Source: a virus (Duplodnaviria > Caudoviricetes). Taken from it: a DNA stretch of 60,125 bases. The notes below the pieces were generated by a model. That model was not told where the DNA came from, did not search any database, and worked only from the letters and a program-made list of their open reading frames with translations. The stretch spans positions 1 through 60,125 of the IMG/VR virus record IMGVR_UViG_3300044626_000224. One strand, given 5' to 3'. Shown piece after piece: positions 37,536 to 47,165 of this stretch. A program made the translations under genes and the position numbers. Every line of letters begins with the position of its first letter. Positions within the stretch are counted from its first letter, which is position 1.

Positions 37536-38767
37536 TAGTATACCTCCTCAAGTTTTGAGATGTCACCACGCATGATGATTTCAGTCATGTAGTTCCTTTG
37601 GCCTCGGCGGTTCTTCTTGATCGTCAGCCTACTCTTCTCCTTGATGTGTTCGATATACACAACTTGGTCAGAGTGCATTCCAATTGCCCGTGATTCGCGT
37701 AGTCTTCCTTCGTCGTTCAACTGAGAAGCTGTGAGCATAATCGAGTTATTCTTCAGTGCTGCGAGTTTTAATCTCCTTGCAATCTCTGAAATCTGGCTTT
37801 CCCTACCCTCTTCACCATCAGATGAGATGATTTGAAGGTAATCTACCACGATTACATCTGCCCGTTTTTCTCCAACGTATCGGTTGATTTGGGCCTCAAT
37901 TTCGTCAATTTCGGCTACTCCATCCACGATTTCGATGGGTAACTGGTGTAATTTCAACAATGCAGCGTTAATTTTGAGGAGTTCGTGTTGGTTTGCGTTC
38001 TTGTAATCCTCTGGTTCACGCACCGGATACCCTGCCAAGTTGCAAGCCATGCGAGTTAGGATGTCTTTTGCCTTCATTTCGAGGCTGAAGAACAGAACTG
38101 ACTTGCCTTCTTCAAGATTTGCGAGTGCTGCTTGGACGAGATAGATAGATTTACCACCACCTGTCTCTGATGCTACTGTCATCATCTCGCCTTTGTGCAT
38201 TCCACCCTTGAGCGCACGATCTACTTTCAGTAGTCCAGTAGGAAAGAAATCCTTTACTGCTTTTCCTTCCATCTCGTCGATGATTTCGATGATGAGGTCT
38301 TTGACTGGTTTTACTTTTGTTGTCCTATCCTCGGCACACTTCATTATCGTTTCCGATAATTCCTTCAAATCGGTCTTACCTGCGCGGAGGTTTACTTCTT
38401 CCTTCTCCATGAGGGTAAGAACATCGCGGTATGCTTTAGTGCGGTGCAGGTGCTTCCGGTAGTCATCTGCCATGTCTTGGCAAACCTTTCCCGAAGCTAC
38501 CTTCATCGTGCATAATGTGTCGTGGACAGATTCTTCACCACCCGCTGCTTCCAGTTGTCCGGTTGCTTCCAGTTCTGCAATGGCAGAAAACGGGCAGCAA
38601 ACCCCTGTCCGCTGGTGAACCCCTTGGAGCGCATTAAAAACGATCCTGTGAGCTGGTATGGCGAAATAATCGCTATCCCATGTTTGTTGGGAAAGGATGT
38701 TTCTGTCGATTGCGATGAGCGACAATACTGCCGCTTCACTCTTTCGTGCTATTGGGACTTTTTTCAT
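37535..38767 (-). CDS. dnaB: Replicative DNA helicase DnaB-like
   Basis: E.AVL, PTGL..VD.., SETGGGKS, FFSLEM, IVVDYLQII, SQLN...LRES.AI..HSD, KNRRG. Confidence 0.9.
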   Translation of the reverse strand: MKKVPIARKSEAAVLSLIAIDRNILSQQTWDSDYFAIPAHRIVFNALQGVHQRTGVCCPFSAIAELEATGQLEAAGGEESVHDTLCTMKVASGKVCQDMADDYRKHLHRTKAYRDVLTLMEKEEVNLRAGKTDLKELSETIMKCAEDRTTKVKPVKDLIIEIIDEMEGKAVKDFFPTGLLKVDRALKGGMHKGEMMTVASETGGGKSIYLVQAALANLEEGKSVLFFSLEMKAKDILTRMACNLAGYPVREPEDYKNANQHELLKINAALLKLHQLPIEIVDGVAEIDEIEAQINRYVGEKRADVIVVDYLQIISSDGEEGRESQISEIARRLKLAALKNNSIMLTASQLNDEGRLRESRAIGMHSDQVVYIEHIKEKSRLTIKKNRRGQRNYMTEIIMRGDISKLEEVY

Positions 38768-38773
38768 TAGGGA

Positions 38774-39403
38774 TTAAAAGTTGGAGAATCGTTCTGGTTT
38801 GGTAGTTGCTGATCGGTTGATCCAGTTTGCGAGGAATGCGCGGCTGAACAAACGAGGTGGGTTAGCGAGTATCCAAGTCCGAGCTTTCTGCGCTTCACGT
38901 TCAACGTCCTTATCGGGGTTGAGTCGTTTCAGTTCAGTGATGAAAGCATCATCAACAAGTTTTGGTTTTCTTTTTTCAGATTTTTCTTTTTCTTTTATTT
39001 CATTACTTACTTTATCTAGTCTTTCTTTATTAGTCACAGGTTTTTCCGAATCGGTAAAATCCCGAGTCGGCTTTTCACTGAGTCGGGAATCTTCTTCAAG
39101 CTGAGGTTCGTCATACACGAAATACTCCCAACCACCGGGATTGACACCGCTATTGGGCTGGCGAAAAACATATCTCTTTGCGATAAGTTCGTTCATGCCA
39201 GAAACCACGGACTCGTAACCATCAGTTGACGCTTTCGCCAACTGAGATAAATATACTGACCACTTATCCGGTTTGGATAGCAAGTAGCACAAGATAGCTT
39301 TTGCCTTGAAACTCAACTCTGTATTGTTGAGCATTTCATTCGGGATAACTGTGTAGTTAGCTTTTCTTTTTTGACGTATGATATTTGGCATATCTTTTCT
39401 CAC
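38774..39403 (-). CDS. Phage replication initiator (N-terminal winged HTH)
   Basis: NYTVIPN....LSFKAKAIL.YLLSKP..W...EL....YV; immediately upstream of DnaB. Confidence 0.75.
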   Translation of the reverse strand: MRKDMPNIIRQKRKANYTVIPNEMLNNTELSFKAKAILCYLLSKPDKWSVYLSQLAKASTDGYESVVSGMNELIAKRYVFRQPNSGVNPGGWEYFVYDEPQLEEDSRLSEKPTRDFTDSEKPVTNKERLDKVSNEIKEKEKSEKRKPKLVDDAFITELKRLNPDKDVEREAQKARTWILANPPRLFSRAFLANWINRSATTKPERFSNF

Positions 39404-39681
39404 TTAGACCCCTCTTCCCAACTCGCGTCTTCATTCAATACCCACTTCTTGTCTTTGTTGAGCTTCAAGAACCGGAGTCCAACCAGCGTCATAAAAGCGT
39501 TATGAGCTTGTGTTTCCGTAATGCCAATTATGTCGGCGACAGATTGGATTTCTTTTTCGTCAAACCCGCCATCGTAATTGTCAATGACTGCGAATACTTG
39601 TTTCTTCCTATCGTCGATGATCGACAATCTGATTATTTCTTTACGAACGAAGATACCATCGTTCTTTTCTAATGGATTCAT
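39400..39681 (-). CDS. Small winged-helix-like protein
   Basis: ATG at 39681; VADIIGITETQAH.AF..L....FL. Confidence 0.5.
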   Translation of the reverse strand: MNPLEKNDGIFVRKEIIRLSIIDDRKKQVFAVIDNYDGGFDEKEIQSVADIIGITETQAHNAFMTLVGLRFLKLNKDKKWVLNEDASWEEGSK

Positions 39682-39882
39682 TTTATGAAAGGCGACCCCT
39701 TGTAGTGGCGAAGAAGTGCGGCAACAGACGCATGAAGGTGGATTACCACCACAAGGGATCATTTAGTTTTATTTGGTTAACTTAAACTTCTTCAATCCGG
39801 CCTTCACCCCGGATGTGCAATTTCTCGCACCACTGAAAACTACTATAGGTTGTGTTCGATGTCAAGCATCTTTTTTTATCGG

Positions 39883-40260
39883 TTACGATAACCAGTCCAT
39901 TTCAACCTTCTCAACTTCACCTTTCGACCACTCATACATTCTATCATTGAGTAAGTCCCATATTTGACTGGCATCTTCTTCTGTCTCGCACTGGAAGGTG
40001 GAGCGGCGTTCACCGATACCATCCTTTGTAATGACAATATCTGACTTAATAACAGTATTACTATTTACACCTGTCGCGGCCATGATTGCAGTGTTGTTTA
40101 TTCTGAGTGCCATGACGAGAATACCTTCATCACTTTCATAGGTAGCCATGAAAGGAGTCTCCAGCGCGGCGGCTAAAGATAGGTTTGTAACCATGACAGT
40201 TTGCCTTACTCCAGCGAGTAATTTTTCTGCGTTGTCTTTGATGTTGTTAGTGTTATCCAT
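39883..40260 (-). CDS. Hypothetical protein
   Basis: ORF directly downstream of promoter 40269-40297. Confidence 0.6.
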   Translation of the reverse strand: MDNTNNIKDNAEKLLAGVRQTVMVTNLSLAAALETPFMATYESDEGILVMALRINNTAIMAATGVNSNTVIKSDIVITKDGIGERRSTFQCETEEDASQIWDLLNDRMYEWSKGEVEKVEMDWLS

Positions 40261-40268
40261 AAGCAATC

Positions 40269-40314
40269 ATAGTATCAAAAAAATATTGACTTGTCAATAG
40301 TTCTGGTTTATTTT
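40269..40314. promoter_or_regulatory. Overlapping divergent sigma70 promoters
   Basis: Minus: TTGACA(40297)-17-TACTAT; plus: TTGACT(40286)-17-TATTTT; -35 boxes form the inverted repeat TATTGAC-TT-GTCAATA. Confidence 0.6.
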
Positions 40315-40316
40315 TT

Positions 40317-40655
40317 ATGGAAATGAAACATCCATTAGAAACTGCTTATGAATCTTGCATGAGTGCCTACGAGCAATCACGCACGATTCGTTCTCTTGGA
40401 CGAAAGACTTTCGCCAGCCAGCTTCGTGAAACAAGGAGATTGCTGAAATTGACTGTCCGTGAACTTGGAGACAAGATCGGCGTGACAGGATCACTGGTAA
40501 ACCAGATTGAAGTAAACTCCAAGAGTATCCTAAAGAAAGAACAAGTCGAAAAAGTAATCGCTCTATGCTACAAAGAAAAACGCCCCTACAGGCAAAAACA
40601 GGATTTAAAAAGCGAGGAGGAAAGCTCAGAGCAGTCTCCAGCTCCCGAAGAGTAA
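40317..40655 (+). CDS. XRE/Cro-CI family HTH regulator
   Basis: FASQLRETR..LKLT.RELGDKIGVT.S.VNQIE. Confidence 0.85.
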   Translation: MEMKHPLETAYESCMSAYEQSRTIRSLGRKTFASQLRETRRLLKLTVRELGDKIGVTGSLVNQIEVNSKSILKKEQVEKVIALCYKEKRPYRQKQDLKSEEESSEQSPAPEE

Positions 40656-40882
40656 AAAATGCCGAATACGAAAAAGTCAAAGCAGAATACTTTGAAGAAA
40701 AAAACTACCAGTGTGAGATATGTAATGGGCAAGGCACAGACCTTCACCATAAGAAAGGAAGGGGCAAGTTCTTATGTGACAAGTCCTCATTCATGGTGGC
40801 TTGTCGCAAATGTCATTCAAGGCTGCACCATGAAGTAGCATGGGCAAGAGAGAATGGATATATAATTTATGACTACAAATAA
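40565..40882 (+). CDS. HNH endonuclease
   Basis: CEIC....TDLHHKKGRG......MVACRKCH..LH. Confidence 0.8.
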   Translation: MLQRKTPLQAKTGFKKRGGKLRAVSSSRRVKNAEYEKVKAEYFEEKNYQCEICNGQGTDLHHKKGRGKFLCDKSSFMVACRKCHSRLHHEVAWARENGYIIYDYK

Positions 40883-41096
40883 TACGTTTGAATCCCGCAT
40901 CATCTGCGAGGGAACTGAAGTAACCAATACACCGGAAAAGATTCTGTTTCGTCAGAAATTCAATCAATGTTGGGTGAAGAAAAGCGACATCCGACTGCAT
41001 GAAACCATTGGACATCTTGACGGGGAGAAAGTAATCCGTATTGTAGTCCCAGAAGAAGTAGCGAATACTTTGGAACTTGCAGGTATTCTCGATTGA
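40869..41096 (+). CDS. Hypothetical protein
   Basis: 75 aa; T.EKILF.....WV.KS.I. Confidence 0.6.
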   Translation: MTTNNTFESRIICEGTEVTNTPEKILFRQKFNQCWVKKSDIRLHETIGHLDGEKVIRIVVPEEVANTLELAGILD

Positions 41097-41462
41097 TCTT
41101 TGGAATAATTTGTCACGTTCTTTTGCCGGACGAACGTATTCATCCAATTCGGATTGGGCATTCCCGACGAGATAGTAGATGTAGAAAAGCGCACAATGGC
41201 AACATGGATGACCAATGGACATCAATTGTGCGGCGTGACAATAACTTTACTGGGAAGCATGGAGTCATGCAGCTAACTACGAGCTTTGAAGTAGTCTTGT
41301 GTAAAGTGGCAAAAAGAGCCAAACGGCAATACATGGGGCCGTCACTAAAACCATGACCAAGAGTAACGCCTTGGCCCAGTATTAATTTTATATGGTCGGC
41401 GGATGAGGTCGGTGCGCTTTTAAACGCCCTTACCGATAATGCTGAGTTAACCCGGCCACCCT

Positions 41463-43313
41463 TTACCAATCTCCGTTATCGTCTGATCCGTAGTCATCAT
41501 CTGGAGTGGTATCAATTGATACTTCATCCCGCGCCCAAAATCGGTTAGTTGGAACTGGTTTATCGTTTCCGATAAAAATAAGTCCATTACGCCGCGCCAT
41601 TTCGAGGGCATAGATTAGGCTATCGCTCAAGTCGGGCGAGTATCCCGTTCTTCCTTTAAGCTCATCTTTAGTCTCAATGGCAATCTTCTTGGACTTAATT
41701 GTGTATCGGCGCAAGCAAAGTTCCCGCGCTAAATCCGAAGCAGGATCAATCCCAAAGATAACGCGACTTTTGAAGGCATGATAAGCTGAGTAGTAGTATT
41801 CAGAAACAAGTCTATCGTAAACATCCTTACACGGGCGTTTATCAACCTCTGCCGCGATTCGGTCAGTAGGTTTACCCATAGATGAGATAAGAGCGATAGC
41901 GGCTCCAGAAGCGTCAAAGCGTAGCCACTCACGAATGATAGCCTGCCCGACTCGTCCACCATCACCAGACACGTCCATACCAAACTTAGAAGGTTGAACG
42001 CCAGCCGCACGGCACAACTGAACAACTTCAGTAGCAAGTTGAATCTCAAACTCAGCAGCGGCGTTAGCGGATAGTTGAATTACCTTCTGACTTTCCAACC
42101 ACATTACACGATTGCGAGTCCCGCGCACGAACCCAAGTTTGGCGATAGTAAGAACGCATCGATCCCCGCCGATTGTAAATGCGGTATCGAATCCAGCTAC
42201 CTTTGTAAATCCTTCGGAATCCCATAGTGGTTCTTCGTTGGTATCAGCATTACGGATCAAGTCAGCGGTAAGTATGGTCTGAGCAAATCCAGTCTTCGGC
42301 CACCAACCAATAGCGTTACGAACATAGTCAATTGCATTTTCGTCTCCATAACACAATTTGAGCATCATCTCCTGCTTCTTACGATCCATGAGAAATGGAA
42401 ATGGAGAGGGTTCATTAGCAGGCGCGGCGAAGTTTGGGCTACGCATACCATTGTAGAACAAGCAAACTCCGGTCTCAGTCTCCCACTTATCCATGTCTGG
42501 GTTTACTGAATCAAAGTTAGAACAACCTTTCGGCATAGCCCAACGAGTGTGAGGATTATCACCAGCAGATGGGTTTCCGATACCGATAAAGGTAACATCA
42601 TCGTTTGCACCCAAGTTAACTTTTGAGGTGATCGCGCCCATTTCCATTTCTGGCAACTCATCAAGTGCAAGACGGATTCGATCATTCTTACGACCACGGG
42701 TTGTATCAACTGCCTTTTGACCTTCATTACCAGATGGAAATGCGAGGGCTTTGATAGCATTATCGTATTCCTTTTCCTCATCGTTTGTTGCTCCACCCCA
42801 AACAATCATATGGCGGTAGTCGATTAGCTTACCTATTTGAACGCGAGCGCATTTATAGAGCTTGGAGATGATACCCCAGATACGATCTTCAGATGCGCCT
42901 AACGTAGTAGTAGCTACCCATGATGAAGTGCAGTGTGGGGCAGCGCACCAATCAAGATAAATCCAAAGACCAACCGGAAAACTTTTTCCCATTGAAGCGG
43001 CTCCAGCTAAACAAATATCAACATTACTGCAAAGTTCATCTAAGGTTCTAATCAACTGAGTGTTTGTATATCCTCGGTTGTAAATAGAAACTTCAGTCGG
43101 CCATTGAAGTTTAACTGCATTAAGGAAATGCTCAGACGGAGAAAGTAGTTTAAAATCTGAAAGATTTATATTTTGTCTAATACAATAAGTTCTACCATAT
43201 TGTCCTCGGCTTATAGCGTAGCAGTATAACTCAATACCAAGGTCATCCATGTTTTCTGGGAATTGAATTCCGTAACGACGAATACCTTTGTTTGAAGAAA
43301 AAACTCTTGACAT
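41463..43313 (-). CDS. terL: Terminase large subunit
   Basis: GAASMGKS Walker A, LALDE Walker B, GIGNP, GFD.AF..GGD.C nuclease, SPDLSDSL; ATG at 43313. Confidence 0.85.
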   Translation of the reverse strand: MSRVFSSNKGIRRYGIQFPENMDDLGIELYCYAISRGQYGRTYCIRQNINLSDFKLLSPSEHFLNAVKLQWPTEVSIYNRGYTNTQLIRTLDELCSNVDICLAGAASMGKSFPVGLWIYLDWCAAPHCTSSWVATTTLGASEDRIWGIISKLYKCARVQIGKLIDYRHMIVWGGATNDEEKEYDNAIKALAFPSGNEGQKAVDTTRGRKNDRIRLALDELPEMEMGAITSKVNLGANDDVTFIGIGNPSAGDNPHTRWAMPKGCSNFDSVNPDMDKWETETGVCLFYNGMRSPNFAAPANEPSPFPFLMDRKKQEMMLKLCYGDENAIDYVRNAIGWWPKTGFAQTILTADLIRNADTNEEPLWDSEGFTKVAGFDTAFTIGGDRCVLTIAKLGFVRGTRNRVMWLESQKVIQLSANAAAEFEIQLATEVVQLCRAAGVQPSKFGMDVSGDGGRVGQAIIREWLRFDASGAAIALISSMGKPTDRIAAEVDKRPCKDVYDRLVSEYYYSAYHAFKSRVIFGIDPASDLARELCLRRYTIKSKKIAIETKDELKGRTGYSPDLSDSLIYALEMARRNGLIFIGNDKPVPTNRFWARDEVSIDTTPDDDYGSDDNGDW

Positions 43314-43349
43314 ATCAATAAGAAAATATATTTTCCGACGAAAGGCAAG

Positions 43350-43727
43350 ATGAAACTGAAAAACAAGAACCTCGCTCCAGTCGGTGGATGGTATTGGAAG
43401 TATGAGATCAAGCGCGATAAACTCACCTTTCCAGCAATTGTTTACGGAAGCACATGGAGTAGTTTGATGCAAAACATCCAGAAAGACTATCGCTCAAACG
43501 GAGTTGAACTTCCTGCCAACATTGAGCAGATGGTAGAAGATCAAATCTGCCAACGCCAACCAAGTGATCGTTGCTGGTATAGCGATGGGCTTGGAGATAC
43601 GATAGCACAAGCGATCCACACGGTAGCAGCAGTTACTGACAAAGTTTTTAAAACGAAACTTGAGCATAAGGCTCGCGGGTGCAGTTCGTGCAACAAACGA
43701 AGGATTTCTTGGAATCGTTCTGAATAA
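43350..43727 (+). CDS. Cys-containing hypothetical protein
   Basis: P.GGW.W; C-terminal GLGD.IA...GCSSCNKRR. Confidence 0.6.
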   Translation: MKLKNKNLAPVGGWYWKYEIKRDKLTFPAIVYGSTWSSLMQNIQKDYRSNGVELPANIEQMVEDQICQRQPSDRCWYSDGLGDTIAQAIHTVAAVTDKVFKTKLEHKARGCSSCNKRRISWNRSE

Positions 43728-43777
43728 ATTAAGAAATGCCTTGAATTCATTATCGTAAACGATAAAAGTAAAATCTT

Positions 43778-46282
43778 ATGCTCTCAATCGGCTCCGACAA
43801 CTTTTCCCTTGCAGTTTTAGATCAAGACGGCAAGCCACCCGAAACACGAATCTCTAACGCCTCGCATTGCTGGAATATAGCAAACCATCTTCGACTTGCG
43901 AACATCGGACGCGAGAATAAACGCTTGCGTATCTATAAGGCTTACAAAATGTTCCCGCCTACAGGTTACAGCAAACTTGCCGAGAAACGTCTTCCTTGGC
44001 AGTCCGATGTGAACTACGGACAACTTGGGTTTATCGTTGATAACCAGAAGTCCAGTTACTACGATGTCATTACCGAACGGCAGGCTTGCTGCACCATCAA
44101 AAGTAAATTTGGCAATGAAAAAGAACGCCTCGTTAACTCAGAGAACATCGGAATCGCATTTGACCAAGCAATCCGCGAATGGCCCGGATACCTCTACAAC
44201 ACAGAGCAAGACCTTGAAGAAATGTTGCTGTATGGAAAAGGAATCGGAATGTGGGATAGCCCACTCGGATGGATGCCAGAACACGTTTACCTCTCCGACC
44301 TTCTCTTTCCAGACGACATTAGGATCGACTTTTGCAACCTTGAGGAGTTTGTCCGCCGTGTCCGTCTGACACCATACGAACTCTACAAGAAGATCGAGAA
44401 TCGTGCGGCGGCAGAAGCAATGGGATGGAATGTGGACGCAGCAATTGACGCTATTCGCTTCCACCGCGCATTCAGCAACAATCGCAAGACACGCGAAGAC
44501 TTCTTCCGCACAATCAGCGAAGCAGGATTTAACTGGTCACTTTCCGTAAACCAAAAGATCGACCTCTACGAAGTTTACTGGAGGGAGTTCGACGGAAAGA
44601 TCAGCAAGGCGATTATCCTTCAAGACTACCAACCCATCTCGGACTACATCAACTCCAACATTAAAGGAGCAGGTAAGATCAGCGAAGATGATGTCAGAAG
44701 CCAACATGGGTTTATGATGCTCAAGATTGGACTCTTCAACTCATGGGATGAGATCATGTATATGCTGACCGACTCGGTTGGCAGCGGACTCTTCCAAGAC
44801 ATTAAGAGCCAAGCGGAATCAGCATTCGTCGCCTGCCGCCAGTATGACTTCACGATGAACTCATTGGTTGATGCCGTTCGCCTCAACTCCATGTTGATGA
44901 TCGAAGGTCAAGGCCCAGACGCAACAAAGATGTTGAAGCAGATGGAATGGTTGCCAATCAGCGTAATGCCAGATGGCGCGAAGTTCATCCAGAACCGCTT
45001 CCAGCTTCCAGTAGCAGAGAGCATGAGTTTCATGCAGTTCTTCATGGGAGATATGTATCGCGGCATGGGTCAGTATCGCATCAATGCTCCAACTGCTGGA
45101 GGAAAGCAACGCACGAAAGGTGAAGCGGAACTTGATGCCGCTGAGTCTGCAAAACTATCTGGAACTCAGATTCGCCGATTCAACGAGTGCCAAACTCTTT
45201 ACTTCAAGCAACTCTACAAACGCTTCGTAAACGCCAAATCCAGCGATGATGGATACGAATACGTTAAGAAGTTCTATGAAGTTTTGGAAGAACTTGGAAC
45301 TCCGAAAGAAGCCGCCGCTTGGAAGAACATCACAAGCATCCGTTCTAACCTCATCAACGGAGCGGGTAGCCCATCATTCAAACTCATCACGGCAGAGAAG
45401 CTATTGAGCATTACAGCAATTACTCCAGCCAACGAAGGGCAAGAAAACGCAGTTAAAGATGCAATCGCGGCACTCTCTGGCAGGGACAACGTAGCTCGCT
45501 ACCGGAATACTAAACCAACTAAGATTACTGATACCGCTCGCGTAATCGGATTTGAGAATGCTGGCATGACGGATGCGTTCGTTAACCCGCAAAACTTCCC
45601 TGTGCTGCCAACTGATCCGCATATCGAACACGCAGTTGGTCACTTGCAGGACATGATGATGCAGTTGCAGATGAACCTGCAATCTGTGCAGCAAGGTCAA
45701 CCAGAGCTTACAGAACTTTCCAAGGCAGTTCGCTCAGTCAAATTCAAAGGTGGTCACATCATGGCTCACGTTGAATATATCAGTAAGGATGAATCCAAGC
45801 AGGACTTCTTGAAGCAATTCATGCAGGGAATGAATGAAGCACAAGCAATGGCCGACGAACTTCAACAAGTTTACGTTCAGATGGCTGAAGCTGAAGCTCA
45901 GAAATCCGGTCAACCTAACTCCGAGGAAGACATCAAACTTCAATACCTCGCTGCTAAATCCGGTATCGAAATCGACACCAAGAAGAAACTTGCTGACATC
46001 TCAATTGGCAAGGCTTCTATCAGTCATGCTCAACGCACTGAGCAGCGTAAGGAACAAGGCATTACTCAACTCGCGCTTCAGAAGGCTAAAGCTCGCGCCG
46101 AAATTCAGAAGGAGAAATCCAAGCAAGCAGCAATGCAAGGCAAGGCTCCTGAGATGGAAGAACCAGAAATGGAAGAAGAAGAGCCAGAAGAAATGGAGAC
46201 TGAAACCGAAGAGGTTGAGACTCCAGAAGGAACTGAAGAAGTTGAGATGGAAGTAGAGGAGCCACCACCAGCAACACTATGA
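43778..46282 (+). CDS. Portal protein
   Basis: 834 aa, first large head gene; RTKGEA motif; long helical C-terminal barrel with acidic low-complexity tail. Confidence 0.75.
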   Translation: MLSIGSDNFSLAVLDQDGKPPETRISNASHCWNIANHLRLANIGRENKRLRIYKAYKMFPPTGYSKLAEKRLPWQSDVNYGQLGFIVDNQKSSYYDVITERQACCTIKSKFGNEKERLVNSENIGIAFDQAIREWPGYLYNTEQDLEEMLLYGKGIGMWDSPLGWMPEHVYLSDLLFPDDIRIDFCNLEEFVRRVRLTPYELYKKIENRAAAEAMGWNVDAAIDAIRFHRAFSNNRKTREDFFRTISEAGFNWSLSVNQKIDLYEVYWREFDGKISKAIILQDYQPISDYINSNIKGAGKISEDDVRSQHGFMMLKIGLFNSWDEIMYMLTDSVGSGLFQDIKSQAESAFVACRQYDFTMNSLVDAVRLNSMLMIEGQGPDATKMLKQMEWLPISVMPDGAKFIQNRFQLPVAESMSFMQFFMGDMYRGMGQYRINAPTAGGKQRTKGEAELDAAESAKLSGTQIRRFNECQTLYFKQLYKRFVNAKSSDDGYEYVKKFYEVLEELGTPKEAAAWKNITSIRSNLINGAGSPSFKLITAEKLLSITAITPANEGQENAVKDAIAALSGRDNVARYRNTKPTKITDTARVIGFENAGMTDAFVNPQNFPVLPTDPHIEHAVGHLQDMMMQLQMNLQSVQQGQPELTELSKAVRSVKFKGGHIMAHVEYISKDESKQDFLKQFMQGMNEAQAMADELQQVYVQMAEAEAQKSGQPNSEEDIKLQYLAAKSGIEIDTKKKLADISIGKASISHAQRTEQRKEQGITQLALQKAKARAEIQKEKSKQAAMQGKAPEMEEPEMEEEEPEEMETETEEVETPEGTEEVEMEVEEPPPATL

Positions 46283-46920
46283 AAATATACGATATATTAA
46301 CAAATGTTGTTTCTGGAGAAAATAAAACTCCATCATTTGATGAAACGCAATACACTCCAGATGTTAGAAAAGATAGACAAAAAGTTCTTTTAAAAGGATT
46401 TAATCCAGAAAGTTCTGACTATGATTATCTAAATGCAGAAAAGGCTGGAATATTGCCAGAAATGACAGGTAGGAATAAAGGTCACATGGGTTCCGTTGCT
46501 CCTGTAACATCTGAAATATACGAGCAATATAAAAAACATGGGTTGCCTTCTGGAGAGGCTTACATGGTTTTAAAAGGAGCAAGTCATCCAACTCACAATT
46601 ATTTGGTAGAGGGAGAAGCTGAACGAGGATTTGAAATCAAAAAATATGGAGACAGATATTTTTCTGTTCCAAAACAAACGCAATCAATTGAATCTATTTT
46701 GAATTTTATTGATGAAAAACAAATTGTTCCAAAATTTAATCTTACTCCAGAACAGGAAAAAGCAATTGCTGGAACTCAGTATGGTAAGATTCAAGACAAG
46801 ACCGCATTAAAACAAAATTTCTTAGCCAGCATTATTGCGGGAAATGAATCAGTTGGAACAATAACTCCAATGCAAAAGCGTTGGGCTGACTGGCTAAAAA
46901 CACAACTACCAAAAGAATGA
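46279..46920 (+). CDS. Hypothetical protein (AT-richer than neighbours)
   Basis: 213-aa ORF with ATGA overlaps. Confidence 0.6.
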   Translation: MKIYDILTNVVSGENKTPSFDETQYTPDVRKDRQKVLLKGFNPESSDYDYLNAEKAGILPEMTGRNKGHMGSVAPVTSEIYEQYKKHGLPSGEAYMVLKGASHPTHNYLVEGEAERGFEIKKYGDRYFSVPKQTQSIESILNFIDEKQIVPKFNLTPEQEKAIAGTQYGKIQDKTALKQNFLASIIAGNESVGTITPMQKRWADWLKTQLPKE

Positions 46921-47162
46921 CAACAGAAAAAGTAAAATCCCTATGCGCGGCGATAACATCACACGAAGACTGGAACAAACTACAGGCGTATTTACTACTT
47001 AATGTAAACCCACCAGAAGGAGTAACCACGCTTATCCATGCAATCAAAACTATTGAAGCTATTGGAACAGAAGAGCAAGGAGCATTCAAAAAAACAAAAG
47101 TTGCTGGAAAGCATAAAGAGCCAGCGGACATCACGATTGATCCCGACCTCGACGAAATCTAA
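46917..47162 (+). CDS. Small head-module protein
   Basis: 81 aa between portal and scaffold. Confidence 0.55.
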   Translation: MTTEKVKSLCAAITSHEDWNKLQAYLLLNVNPPEGVTTLIHAIKTIEAIGTEEQGAFKKTKVAGKHKEPADITIDPDLDEI

Positions 47163-47165
47163 TTT

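Noticed and set aside
41390-41462. tRNA gene
   Set aside because: No T-loop GTTCRA or cloverleaf spacing found by eye
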